64,000 nucleotides of DNA from Candidatus Woykebacteria bacterium RBG_13_40_15 (lineage in GTDB: Bacteria; Patescibacteriota; Microgenomatia; Woykebacterales; RBG-16-39-9b). The stretch is from positions 14,428-78,427 of the forward strand of contig MHCP01000025.1 in the NCBI GenBank assembly GCA_001816655.1, read 5' to 3'. The translations under genes and the position numbers were made by a program. Shown one piece after another: positions 8,811-17,505 of the stretch. The notes beneath the pieces are model-generated. The model saw only the letters and a list, made by a program, of their open reading frames with translations. It was not told the origin of the DNA and ran no database searches. How positions within the stretch are numbered: the first letter of the stretch is position 1; every line of letters begins with the position of its first letter.

Positions 8811-9884
8811 GGAAAGTTGTAGTTTCTTTAAGCCTTTTATTTTTTCCCGATCCCCTATCTTAGCTTTTTCGACGGCGAATTTGAGAATTTCGATTGATTT
8901 ATCGTAGGTTTTTTTATCAACTGGATAAGGTGTTCCGTCTTTCCCCCCGTGGGCAAAGGAAAATTTGACTGGGTCTTCTCGACTCGCTGGGGTGTTATAA
9001 ATTAATTCTGAAATCAGTGTCAGTGCTCTGATGGTCCGTGGTCCAACCCCGCGGGTTGAAAGCAAGAGTTCAAAATCTTTTGGCTGCTGCTCGTAGGTAG
9101 AAAGCAGAATTCTCTTTAAGTTTTCTGGGCGTATATCTCCTGCCTCGACTAATTCTCTTTTCGGTAAATTTAACTCTAGGATTTTTTTGTACTCTCGTAA
9201 AACTTTTTCCGGTTTTTCGCTTGCAAGTTTGGTTGAGGTCGTTCTTGCATCGTTTGAATTCTTCGCGACAAGGTTTAGGACTTCCAACTTTTTGTCGGAA
9301 GCGATTGCGCTGTGGGGTTCTTCAACAAACGATGTTAAATCATCACTTAACCAGTGGTAACGCCGCGCCCAGCGATTTGAGGGGTTCAACCCCTGTTGCA
9401 CTACTGCCCATTTCGCCCCGCCAGCTGGCGGGTTGGTAAAAAAGAAATTGTGGTGGTAAAGCTGAAAACCATCTTGTAGTGCAGTGTTATCCACTTTTGC
9501 GCTCATTTTTGATGCATAAACGAGATTTGAAAGATCTATGCCGAGTTGATTAGAAATGTTTTCAATTTCCAGAGGAGTTTTTCTGCTTGTTGCGCCTTTT
9601 CCGCCAGCGACAAAGAGCCCAAGATCTTTCGAAACGTCTTTTAGCCCTACCTTGAGGGCTCCACCAACAGTGGTTGTTAAACCAGAACTGTGCCAATCAA
9701 AGCCAAGTACGCAACCAAAAGATTGAAACCAATATGGATGAGAAATCCTTCGGAGGAATTCCTCTGCTCCGAATTCATCAACGATCACAATCGTTATTTC
9801 TCTGGCTAGTTTGCTCATTCGGCCAAAAAGCCAAGCCGGCGCAGAGCCGTAATGAAGAGGAAGATTGGCAGTACCAATTTTCAT
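8802..9884 (-). CDS. DUF763 family protein
   Basis: LPLHYG, DWHSSGLTT, QDGFQLYHH and FSFAHGGKDG motifs. Confidence 0.9.
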   Translation of the reverse strand: MKIGTANLPLHYGSAPAWLFGRMSKLAREITIVIVDEFGAEEFLRRISHPYWFQSFGCVLGFDWHSSGLTTTVGGALKVGLKDVSKDLGLFVAGGKGATSRKTPLEIENISNQLGIDLSNLVYASKMSAKVDNTALQDGFQLYHHNFFFTNPPAGGAKWAVVQQGLNPSNRWARRYHWLSDDLTSFVEEPHSAIASDKKLEVLNLVAKNSNDARTTSTKLASEKPEKVLREYKKILELNLPKRELVEAGDIRPENLKRILLSTYEQQPKDFELLLSTRGVGPRTIRALTLISELIYNTPASREDPVKFSFAHGGKDGTPYPVDKKTYDKSIEILKFAVEKAKIGDREKIKGLKKLQLSLL

Positions 9885-9887
9885 TGT

Positions 9888-10718
9888 TTATTTTTCCCCA
9901 TAAAAAACAAAATAACCACCTAAATTTCCACCAAATACCTTGTATTGAGCAATTCCCGCTAAAATGTGTTTAGTAAGAATAGGTGAAGTTAAATGAAGCT
10001 TTTCAGTTAGTATTGAAATAGGGTAAGCAAACCTGGCTATCTTTAAAATTCTCTGCGAAGAAGGCATGAACTCTCCTGTCTTGTCCAATACTTTGATGTT
10101 TTTAAATCCAACCTCTCTCATCATTTTTTCAAAATCTTTGGCCAACGCCAAATTTGGTACCGCAAAACCGTTACAGAATTGAGATAAAAAGTCTTTCGCA
10201 TCGTCTAGTTTTGGTGCTCTTCTCAAAAAACCATCGGCAATTACCAGCCTCCCTGTTCTCCTCAAAAGTCGATAAGCTTCTTTTAGGAAATCCTTTTTAT
10301 TCTCTGCATGGCAAGCACTTTCGATTGCCCAAACGACATCAAAAGAAGAGTCGGGAAATTTCGTTCTTAAAAAATCCATTACGAAAAATTTGATTAGAGA
10401 GTTTTTCTTTGCTAGCTTTCTTGCTTCATCGATTTGTTTATTGCTAATGGAAATCCCGGTTACTTCAGCTGCTAGGTTTTCTGCTAACCAAATACTACTT
10501 CCCCCTACTCCACAGCCTGCATCTAAAACAATATCTTCCTTTTTTATGTTCGCGATTTTAGCTAAAAATCTATTGGTATTCATTAATGCCTCCTCGAAAC
10601 TTTTTGTTCCTTTTTTCCACAGCCCGTAATGGATAGCGCTACTTTCGCGATTTTTGTACCAAAAGAATCTGTAAAAAGGTAAAGTGTAGTCGTAGTAAGA
10701 GGAAACTTCTTTTTGCAT
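9888..10718 (-). CDS. Class I SAM-dependent methyltransferase (tocopherol/sterol MT-like)
   Basis: IHYGLW, VLDAGCGVGG and FDVVWAIESACH motifs. Confidence 0.88.
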   Translation of the reverse strand: MQKEVSSYYDYTLPFYRFFWYKNRESSAIHYGLWKKGTKSFEEALMNTNRFLAKIANIKKEDIVLDAGCGVGGSSIWLAENLAAEVTGISISNKQIDEARKLAKKNSLIKFFVMDFLRTKFPDSSFDVVWAIESACHAENKKDFLKEAYRLLRRTGRLVIADGFLRRAPKLDDAKDFLSQFCNGFAVPNLALAKDFEKMMREVGFKNIKVLDKTGEFMPSSQRILKIARFAYPISILTEKLHLTSPILTKHILAGIAQYKVFGGNLGGYFVFYGEK

Positions 10719-10808
10719 ACTGACTCTAATTTACCCCAAATTTATCCGAATATCAACTAGTCAAAGAGGCCAACGGAAAGAATCCATCGGCCTCGTCACC
10801 TCCTTTTC

Positions 10809-11429
10809 CTATACGAGTCCCGTTATAAGCCGTACAATTAAGAACAACAGGCCGACAAGGATAGTCGTTTCGAGGATTTTGACTGGGATATTCAAAACCC
10901 TCGCGGCCATATTGCCCCAGTATATCTGCCGTCTGGAGTAACCTGCCAAGCTCAACGCGTGGTGTGTGGCTAGGACTCCAAATAACGTCATACCCAGGAT
11001 GATAAGGAGCCTCCTTCCTTGCATCCTTAAGCTGCTCTTGCTTCTTCGGCTGATCGACGGACCTAGCAGATGGAAGAATACAAACTGTTTGAAATCAAAC
11101 AGGTAGATCTTCAGACCGTAGAAGAGCCAACTACCTAGGCGTTGCCCTTTATTCTTGGTGGGTGCTGGGGTTTCCAGAATATCCTGCAACCCATTGGCTC
11201 TTGCGGTTTCGTACCAGTGTGTCGCGGTTAGTCCCCATGGCAGCATTACTATTACTGCCTGCCAGGCGCCGATAAATGCCGCCAGTGAAAGCAGAATCGT
11301 TGCTGATAGGCGAGCTTGGAATTGCCAAACTCCGATGAACCCAATCTCCTTGATTGTTCGACGAGCTGCAATTCTCCTCCCCCAGGAAAGGGGGACTACT
11401 TTTCTGGAAAGCGTTGTTGCGAGACGCAT
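10809..11429 (-). CDS. Hypothetical membrane protein (orphan)
   Basis: Several hydrophobic segments; TTGAAC-17-TACAAT promoter, AAGGAGGGG SD and downstream hairpin. Confidence 0.6.
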   Translation of the reverse strand: MRLATTLSRKVVPLSWGRRIAARRTIKEIGFIGVWQFQARLSATILLSLAAFIGAWQAVIVMLPWGLTATHWYETARANGLQDILETPAPTKNKGQRLGSWLFYGLKIYLFDFKQFVFFHLLGPSISRRSKSSLRMQGRRLLIILGMTLFGVLATHHALSLAGYSRRQIYWGNMAARVLNIPVKILETTILVGLLFLIVRLITGLV

Positions 11430-11713
11430 TGTCCCCTCCTTCCTTTGTGTCTGAGCAGACTCTCACCTGCTGGCTAGATTGTACGCTTTTATTATTGTTA
11501 GTTCAAGAAAATTATGTTAGTTGGGGGTATAAAGGGGGTTGGGCCGACCAGATGTTTCACTCGATCGGCCCGGTCTCTCGTTATGTTTCGGAAGGGTTTT
11601 GAGTTACAGGTTGCAGGCTCGCCCTTTTTCCTGACTATTTGCTAAACTTGCAAAAGCTTGGTATAGTAGCGAAAACGTAATTCCTAGCAACCAGTGAAGA
11701 AGAGTGATCCTTA

Positions 11714-12592
11714 ATGGAGCGAAGGAGTACAGAGATGCCACAACAAGTAGTAGGGAAAGGTGAGGTTTCCGGGGAAGAGGAAGACTATTCCCTTAAGCGG
11801 TTTGCGAGCCACCCTTTCTACACAGCGATGAACCGGCGGCTGGTAAAGCTGTGCGAGCTACAGCCTTGGTGGCGAGTAGTTGACCTAGGTTGCGGTATCG
11901 GTGCTGTTACCTGGCTTTTGGTCGAGGAAGTCTGCGGCGATGGTGGTCAAGTGATCGCTATAGAACCGTTGGGGGAGGCTTTGGAGGAAGCTCGCAGAAG
12001 TCTTGCCCACCTTCCAAAGGTAGCAGTTCGCTTCCTTAAGCGTAGAGGCGAGGATCTTATGCATTGTGCGTCTGTCCGGTCTATGGACGGCGTGTTATTC
12101 TGCAATGCAATCCATTTAGTGCCCGACAAGTCGCTGGTGTTGCAGAACATACATGCAGTCCTTCGCCCCGGCGGCGTCTTTGCCTTCAACAGCGCGTTCT
12201 TCGAGGGGGCGCAGTCGGCGGACACGTTCCCGTTCTACACGGCCTGGATCCGCCACGCCCTTCACATCTTCAAGGACGATTACCCGGATATTCGGCGGAA
12301 GAAGGAAGGGAAGGCGCAGGCACGGATATTACTGACTCCCGAGGAGTACCGTCAGCTTTTGGAGGATGAGGGTTTCGAGCTGGAGTACCTGGAGCTGTGT
12401 CCAGTGGAATTACCGTTGGAAGGGTTCGAGGACATCAGTGGTTATGAGTTGTTTGCCCGTGGTGCCTTGCCGGGAGTACCTCTGGCTGTAGCCGTTGATT
12501 GCCTGAAGCGGGGTGTTGCTGAAGCGTTTCGTGACCTCAACCTCACGAGCGTTACCCGCAACTGGTTGCAGGTGGTGGCTGTCAAGGCGTAG
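11714..12592 (+). CDS. Class I SAM-dependent methyltransferase, GC-rich
   Basis: VVDLGCGIG, NAIHL and LRPGGVF motifs. Confidence 0.88.
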   Translation: MERRSTEMPQQVVGKGEVSGEEEDYSLKRFASHPFYTAMNRRLVKLCELQPWWRVVDLGCGIGAVTWLLVEEVCGDGGQVIAIEPLGEALEEARRSLAHLPKVAVRFLKRRGEDLMHCASVRSMDGVLFCNAIHLVPDKSLVLQNIHAVLRPGGVFAFNSAFFEGAQSADTFPFYTAWIRHALHIFKDDYPDIRRKKEGKAQARILLTPEEYRQLLEDEGFELEYLELCPVELPLEGFEDISGYELFARGALPGVPLAVAVDCLKRGVAEAFRDLNLTSVTRNWLQVVAVKA

Positions 12593-12629
12593 CGACCGAC
12601 CTGTCTGGATCAAACATAACTGCCCAAAG

Positions 12630-12664
12630 AGCCCGCCTCTAATCTCGATAAAGAGGCGGGCTTT
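12630..12664. terminator. Hairpin between convergent genes
   Basis: AGCCCGCCTCT...AGAGGCGGGCT inverted repeat. Confidence 0.6.
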
Positions 12665-12703
12665 CTGGCATTTCAGCCCCTAAACTAATTTTTCGGAATT
12701 AGT

Positions 12704-13276
12704 TTATAGCTCTTTTTCTGCTCCGGAGAGGACTTCTTTGCGAATTTTCTTCCACCAAGAAAGCTCTAGGTTTTTTAAGCCTGAAAGTTGCAATTTGTAA
12801 ATTTCTTCGAAATAATTATTCCCAGCCTGGATCTCTTCAGAACATTTAGATAAAAGAGAAAGTTTATCGGCTACTTTTACTATCTGAGCTTCAATATTTT
12901 CTTTTTCCCCTTCCTTTTTCCACCAAGAATAGAGGGTTTTTTGGAGATCGCGGGGCAAGTCAACAAACATTTCCCAAACCATTTTGTCACTCACTTTTCG
13001 TATCGCCCGATAAACTTCGTCATTGTAATGTTTGAAGGGGTTGATGATATCTCCTGTGAGACCCTCTTCAACGTCATGAACTATAGCCATCTGTAAGGCC
13101 GCTGCGCAGTCCACTTTAATTTTCTTTTTTTCCAAAAGTTGGCAAAGAATTAAAGTGAAATAGGCAGTATAAAAGGAATGTTCAGCAACGCTTTCTGGGA
13201 AATGCTGTGCCCTATTGTTGTAGCGGGTAACATGGGCAAGATTTCTGTTTAGAAGGTGATCAAAAATTTTCGCCAT
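12704..13276 (-). CDS. HD-domain 5'-deoxynucleotidase (YfbR-like)
   Basis: ESVAEHS, HDVEE, GDI and KVADKL motifs. Confidence 0.85.
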   Translation of the reverse strand: MAKIFDHLLNRNLAHVTRYNNRAQHFPESVAEHSFYTAYFTLILCQLLEKKKIKVDCAAALQMAIVHDVEEGLTGDIINPFKHYNDEVYRAIRKVSDKMVWEMFVDLPRDLQKTLYSWWKKEGEKENIEAQIVKVADKLSLLSKCSEEIQAGNNYFEEIYKLQLSGLKNLELSWWKKIRKEVLSGAEKEL

Positions 13277-13411
13277 TGTACTTGCATTGTAGCAACAAAA
13301 TCACTTGTTTTGCAAAGCTATTTTCGAGAGGTAATAACGACTATAGGTTTGACATCTGAAGCTGTTTCTGGTATAATTTAATATAATTCTGGATAGAGAG
13401 GAGGTGCTAGC

Positions 13412-13663
13412 ATGGGTATTACCTGTGTTGGCCATGGGAGAGACGACATAAGCTGCCTTCCCTGTAGTGTCTGCGGCCGCATGGTTTGCAGAAATTGCCG
13501 AGATGCGTACGGAGTTTGCACCAACAGGGAAGGATGCGGCACTCAACAGAGGCAGCAGTTGTCTTGTCCTAATTGTGGGGGTGCTATTGGGAAGGGCGAA
13601 GGTTGGTTGTCCTGCTCGCGTTGCAGGTGGCAGGAGCCGATCAGCGCCAAGAGGCCGTCGTAA
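13412..13663 (+). CDS. Small cysteine-rich zinc-finger protein (B-box-like plus zinc ribbon)
   Basis: CxxH-x6-CxxCxxC-x4-CxxC...CPNC...CSRC; TTGACA-17-TATAAT promoter and GGAGGTG SD. Confidence 0.65.
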   Translation: MGITCVGHGRDDISCLPCSVCGRMVCRNCRDAYGVCTNREGCGTQQRQQLSCPNCGGAIGKGEGWLSCSRCRWQEPISAKRPS

Positions 13664-13758
13664 GTTATCTACCAATAGGAGGTGGAAACATACGGCGGTC
13701 TTTTCGTTGTTTTAATTTTCTTGCTAACAAGTTTCTTTTGTGTTAGTTTGTAGGAACT

Positions 13759-15078
13759 ATGAACCTAGTAAAAACCGATAAAGAAATAGCCCTCTTAATT
13801 AAAAAAGAAGCGACAAGACAGAAAGAGACGATCGATCTGATTCCGTCAGAAAACCACACTTCCCGCGCTGTACGAGAGGCTTTGGGTTCAGTTCTTACCG
13901 ATAAATATTCAGAAGGCTACCCTAAAAAAAGATACTACCAAGGTCACAAATACATAGACCAAATCGAAATACTTGCTGAAGAGAGAGCTAAAAAACTCTT
14001 TGGTGTTCCTTACGTTAACGTCCAGCCTTACTCTGGTTCTCCGGCAAATCTTGCAGTTTATTTGGCAACCTGTACCCCACAAAAAGATAAAATTATGGGT
14101 CTCTCCCTTGCTTTCGGTGGGCACTTGACCCACGGCCAGCCACAGTCATCGACTGGACAATTTTTTAAATCGGTCCTGTATGAACTGGACAAAGAGGGGT
14201 TTTTAGACTTTGGAGCTATCGAAAAACTTGCTCAAAAAGAAAAACCAAAAATAATAGTTTGCGGTTACACCGCATATCCAAGAATTATTGATTTTAAAAG
14301 ATTTGGTCAAATCGCTGACAAAGTTGGCGCTTACTTAATGGCTGATATCTCGCATATTGCCGGTTTAATTGTTGGAAGGGTTCATCAAAGCCCTGTCTCT
14401 TTTGCCCATATCATCACGACAACCACTCATAAAACTTTGCGCGGGCCCAGAGGTGCTTTGATTATGGTTACAGAAAAAGGTCTCGAGAAGAATCCTGATC
14501 TTCCCAAAAAAATCGATAGTGCCATTATTCCAGGTCTTCAAGGCGGTCCGCACGATCACCAGACAGCTGCAATAGCCGTTGCACTGGCGGAAGCATCTAC
14601 ACAAGAGTTTAAAAATTACGCTGCTCAGATTGTTAAAAACGCAAAAAGGCTCGCTTCTTCTCTTTCTAAAGCCGGGTTTGATTTAATTAGCGGTGGTACC
14701 GACAATCACCTGATTCTAATTGACCTTCAGAACAAAAAAGCGAATGGTGCCCTTGCCGCAATTGCACTTGAAGCAGCTGGAATTGTTTCTAACAAAAACG
14801 CCGTCCCCTTTGACCCAATGCCGCCCTTTTACCCATCCGGGATTCGTATTGGAACTCCTGCGGTTACTACTCGCGGAATGAAGGAAAAAGAAATGGAAAA
14901 AATAGCCTTTTGGACAAATGAGGTCATAGAAGAGGTAAAAAATGAAAAACTTCCCACGGACAAAGCGGTGAGAGTTGAATTCATGAAGGATTTTAGAGCA
15001 AGAATCACAAAAAACAAAAAGCTCCTATTAATTGCAAAAGAAGTTAAAAATTTGACCGCAAAATTCCCTCTTCCCTAG
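13759..15078 (+). CDS. glyA: Serine hydroxymethyltransferase
   Basis: LIPSEN, KYSEGYP, GGHLTHG and TTTHKTLRGPRG (PLP lysine) motifs. Confidence 0.98.
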   Translation: MNLVKTDKEIALLIKKEATRQKETIDLIPSENHTSRAVREALGSVLTDKYSEGYPKKRYYQGHKYIDQIEILAEERAKKLFGVPYVNVQPYSGSPANLAVYLATCTPQKDKIMGLSLAFGGHLTHGQPQSSTGQFFKSVLYELDKEGFLDFGAIEKLAQKEKPKIIVCGYTAYPRIIDFKRFGQIADKVGAYLMADISHIAGLIVGRVHQSPVSFAHIITTTTHKTLRGPRGALIMVTEKGLEKNPDLPKKIDSAIIPGLQGGPHDHQTAAIAVALAEASTQEFKNYAAQIVKNAKRLASSLSKAGFDLISGGTDNHLILIDLQNKKANGALAAIALEAAGIVSNKNAVPFDPMPPFYPSGIRIGTPAVTTRGMKEKEMEKIAFWTNEVIEEVKNEKLPTDKAVRVEFMKDFRARITKNKKLLLIAKEVKNLTAKFPLP

Positions 15079-15135
15079 AATAATCAATCCCTTGTTGGTT
15101 ATAATCGCAAGATTGGAATCTCGCGGAGGAGCAAA

Positions 15136-15265
15136 GCGACGCAGAAAGCTTTAGCTTTCTTAGGAGATATGCGACGCAGAAAGCTTTAGCTTTCTTAGGA
15201 GATATGCGACGCAGAAAGCTTTAGCTTTCTTAGGAGATATGCGACGCAGAAAGCTTTAGCTTTCT
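15136..15265. repeat. Tandem repeat, 35 bp unit x 3.7 (GCGACGCAGAAAGCTTTAGCTTTCTTAGGAGATAT)
   Basis: Identical units at 15136, 15171, 15206 and a partial unit at 15241; internal palindrome AGAAAGCT-TT-AGCTTTCT. Confidence 0.95.
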
Positions 15266-15314
15266 ATTGTTTCTCTGGCGAGATATAATATAAATAATGA
15301 GGGAACTGCCTTAA

Positions 15315-17480
15315 ATGCCGATTTTTGATTTTGCTTTTAATCCGTACGCTATACTTTCAATAGTTGCGGTAATTACTAATCTAATTGTTATTTATCTTGT
15401 TTTTTCCCAAGGTATTAATGTTTCCGCCAACCGCTGGTACGTATTCTCAATTATCGCTGTAATTGTTTGGGCTGTCACCGAGGCCCTTAGCCGATTAAGC
15501 GCACTGCCACAAGGCGCGGTCTTTTGGGAAACCCTTGGTAGTTTTGGTTGGATATTTGTTGGGCCGCCTTATTTAGCGTTTGCGCTCTCTTACATCGGTA
15601 AAGAAAAACTTCTTAGCAAATTTTCTTGGCAGATCCTTTTATTTGGTCCTGCGTTCCTATTTCTCTTTTTATCTTGGGGAACGGGCTTGGTAGTGAACCA
15701 AAATGCTGCTTCTTACGTAAAGTATTCTACCGATTGGATGGGGCCTTTGGACACTCCTCTGTTTTGGCTGGTATTTGCTTGGATTGACTTTCTTTTAATT
15801 GTTTCCTTTGTTCTTCTTTTCCGATTTTACTTAAAAGCAAAAGATCCTCAAAGAAAGCGTCAAACCCTTTTAATGGTCTGTGCTCTTTTAGTTCCGCTCA
15901 TTGGTGGGTCTATCACAAACGGTGTTTTGCCGGTTTTGAGGATTGATGTCATGAGACTCGCTGTCCCACTGACGACAATTATGAGCGTGATAATCGCCTA
16001 TGCAATCTTACGATACCGGCTTTTCGCCATTAGTCCTGGTATGGTGGTCAGCAATATTGTTGAAACAATGAATGAGATTCTAGTTGTCTTCAATCCAGAT
16101 CATTATATTGAGTTTGTTAACGATGCTGTCGAACGCGTTTTAGGTTATAAAAAAGACGAACTGACTGGCCAACCAATAAAGAAATTGGTAGGCGATGATT
16201 GGCATAATTTTGAGGATAAGGTGTTAAAGCCAATCGATGAAGGCAAACAAGTGTCTGGAGTAGAAGTTAGCCTCGAAGCAGCGAATGGTAAAAAAATTAC
16301 GGTTAGTTTTTCATCATCAGTACTAAAAAACCCCAAAGGTGAGACATATGGTGAGGTTGGTATTGCGACGGATATTAGTGAAACCAAAAAATTCTTTACA
16401 GATATTACTGCGGAGCGAAACAAGTTGACAACTATTATGCAATCGATTGTCGATAGTGTCTTTGCTTTGGGCCTAGAGGGAAAGGTGATCTTGGTAAATC
16501 CAGCAGCCCTTACTATGTTGAGTTTAAAAGAGACAGATATTTTGGGGAAAGAACTTGATGATGTTTTAACAATGTTTGATGGTGATCAAAGGCTAGACGG
16601 CAAGAGTCTATTACCAACAGGGAAGGTTACTGAAGACACAGTCATTGTTCAAAAGAAAGCCTTAAGAATAACCACAGCCTTTGGTAAGCAAGTTTTTGTT
16701 AACCTCACTAGTTCTGCAATTAAAGAAGGTGCGGAAGTTGAAGTTGGAGCAATTATTACTATGAGCGATGTCTCTAAAGAAAAAGAACTTGAGGAGATGA
16801 AAATAGATTTTGTTTCAATGGCTGCTCACGAACTGCGAACTCCACTCACGGCTGTTAGAGGGTATCTCTCAGTGTTGCTAGAGGAAACAGGTAAAAAGAT
16901 TCCAGCGGAAGAAAAATCTTTTATAGACAAAGCTTTTATTGCCTCTTCCCAACTAGCATCTCTTGTTGAAAACTTGCTTTCTGTCTCTAGGATTGAGCGA
17001 GGGGCGATGAAACTACAAATTGAACCTGCCGATTGGGTGAAGACAGTAAAAGATGCTGTGAATAATTTTCAGCCTTTGGCAAAGGAAAAGAAAATTAAAC
17101 TAGTTTGTAGTGTGCCAGAAAAGCTACCAAAAGTTGCTGTAGATCAGTTTAGAATAAGCGAGGTTCTTTCTAACTTAATAGCTAATGCTCTTTCCTATAC
17201 AAAGAGTGGTGGGACCGTCAGCGTTGAAACAGAAAGTAAAGATGGGGAGATTGTTACCCATGTAAAAGATACTGGTCAAGGGATTCCAGAGTCAGCCTTA
17301 CCTCGCCTCTTTACCAAGTTTTTTAGAGTTTCAGGAGTACTGGAACAAGGCTCAAAAGGTACTGGACTTGGGTTATACATATCAAAAGCAATAGTGGATA
17401 TGCATAGAGGTAGGATTTGGGTTGAGAGTAAGTTGGATAAAGGCAGTACTTTTAGCTTCTCATTGCCACTGAACGATTAA
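15315..17480 (+). CDS. Sensor histidine kinase (N-terminal multi-TM HisKA_7TM-like, two PAS domains, HisKA/HATPase)
   Basis: SMAAHELRTPLT H-box, NLIANALSY, DTGQGI and GTGLGL boxes. Confidence 0.93.
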   Translation: MPIFDFAFNPYAILSIVAVITNLIVIYLVFSQGINVSANRWYVFSIIAVIVWAVTEALSRLSALPQGAVFWETLGSFGWIFVGPPYLAFALSYIGKEKLLSKFSWQILLFGPAFLFLFLSWGTGLVVNQNAASYVKYSTDWMGPLDTPLFWLVFAWIDFLLIVSFVLLFRFYLKAKDPQRKRQTLLMVCALLVPLIGGSITNGVLPVLRIDVMRLAVPLTTIMSVIIAYAILRYRLFAISPGMVVSNIVETMNEILVVFNPDHYIEFVNDAVERVLGYKKDELTGQPIKKLVGDDWHNFEDKVLKPIDEGKQVSGVEVSLEAANGKKITVSFSSSVLKNPKGETYGEVGIATDISETKKFFTDITAERNKLTTIMQSIVDSVFALGLEGKVILVNPAALTMLSLKETDILGKELDDVLTMFDGDQRLDGKSLLPTGKVTEDTVIVQKKALRITTAFGKQVFVNLTSSAIKEGAEVEVGAIITMSDVSKEKELEEMKIDFVSMAAHELRTPLTAVRGYLSVLLEETGKKIPAEEKSFIDKAFIASSQLASLVENLLSVSRIERGAMKLQIEPADWVKTVKDAVNNFQPLAKEKKIKLVCSVPEKLPKVAVDQFRISEVLSNLIANALSYTKSGGTVSVETESKDGEIVTHVKDTGQGIPESALPRLFTKFFRVSGVLEQGSKGTGLGLYISKAIVDMHRGRIWVESKLDKGSTFSFSLPLND

Positions 17481-17505
17481 AAAGGTTTGTTTTCTTCTTT
17501 AGTTT

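Noticed and set aside
15136-15265. CRISPR array
   Set aside because: The units are contiguous and identical with no unique spacers, and there are no cas genes in the window.
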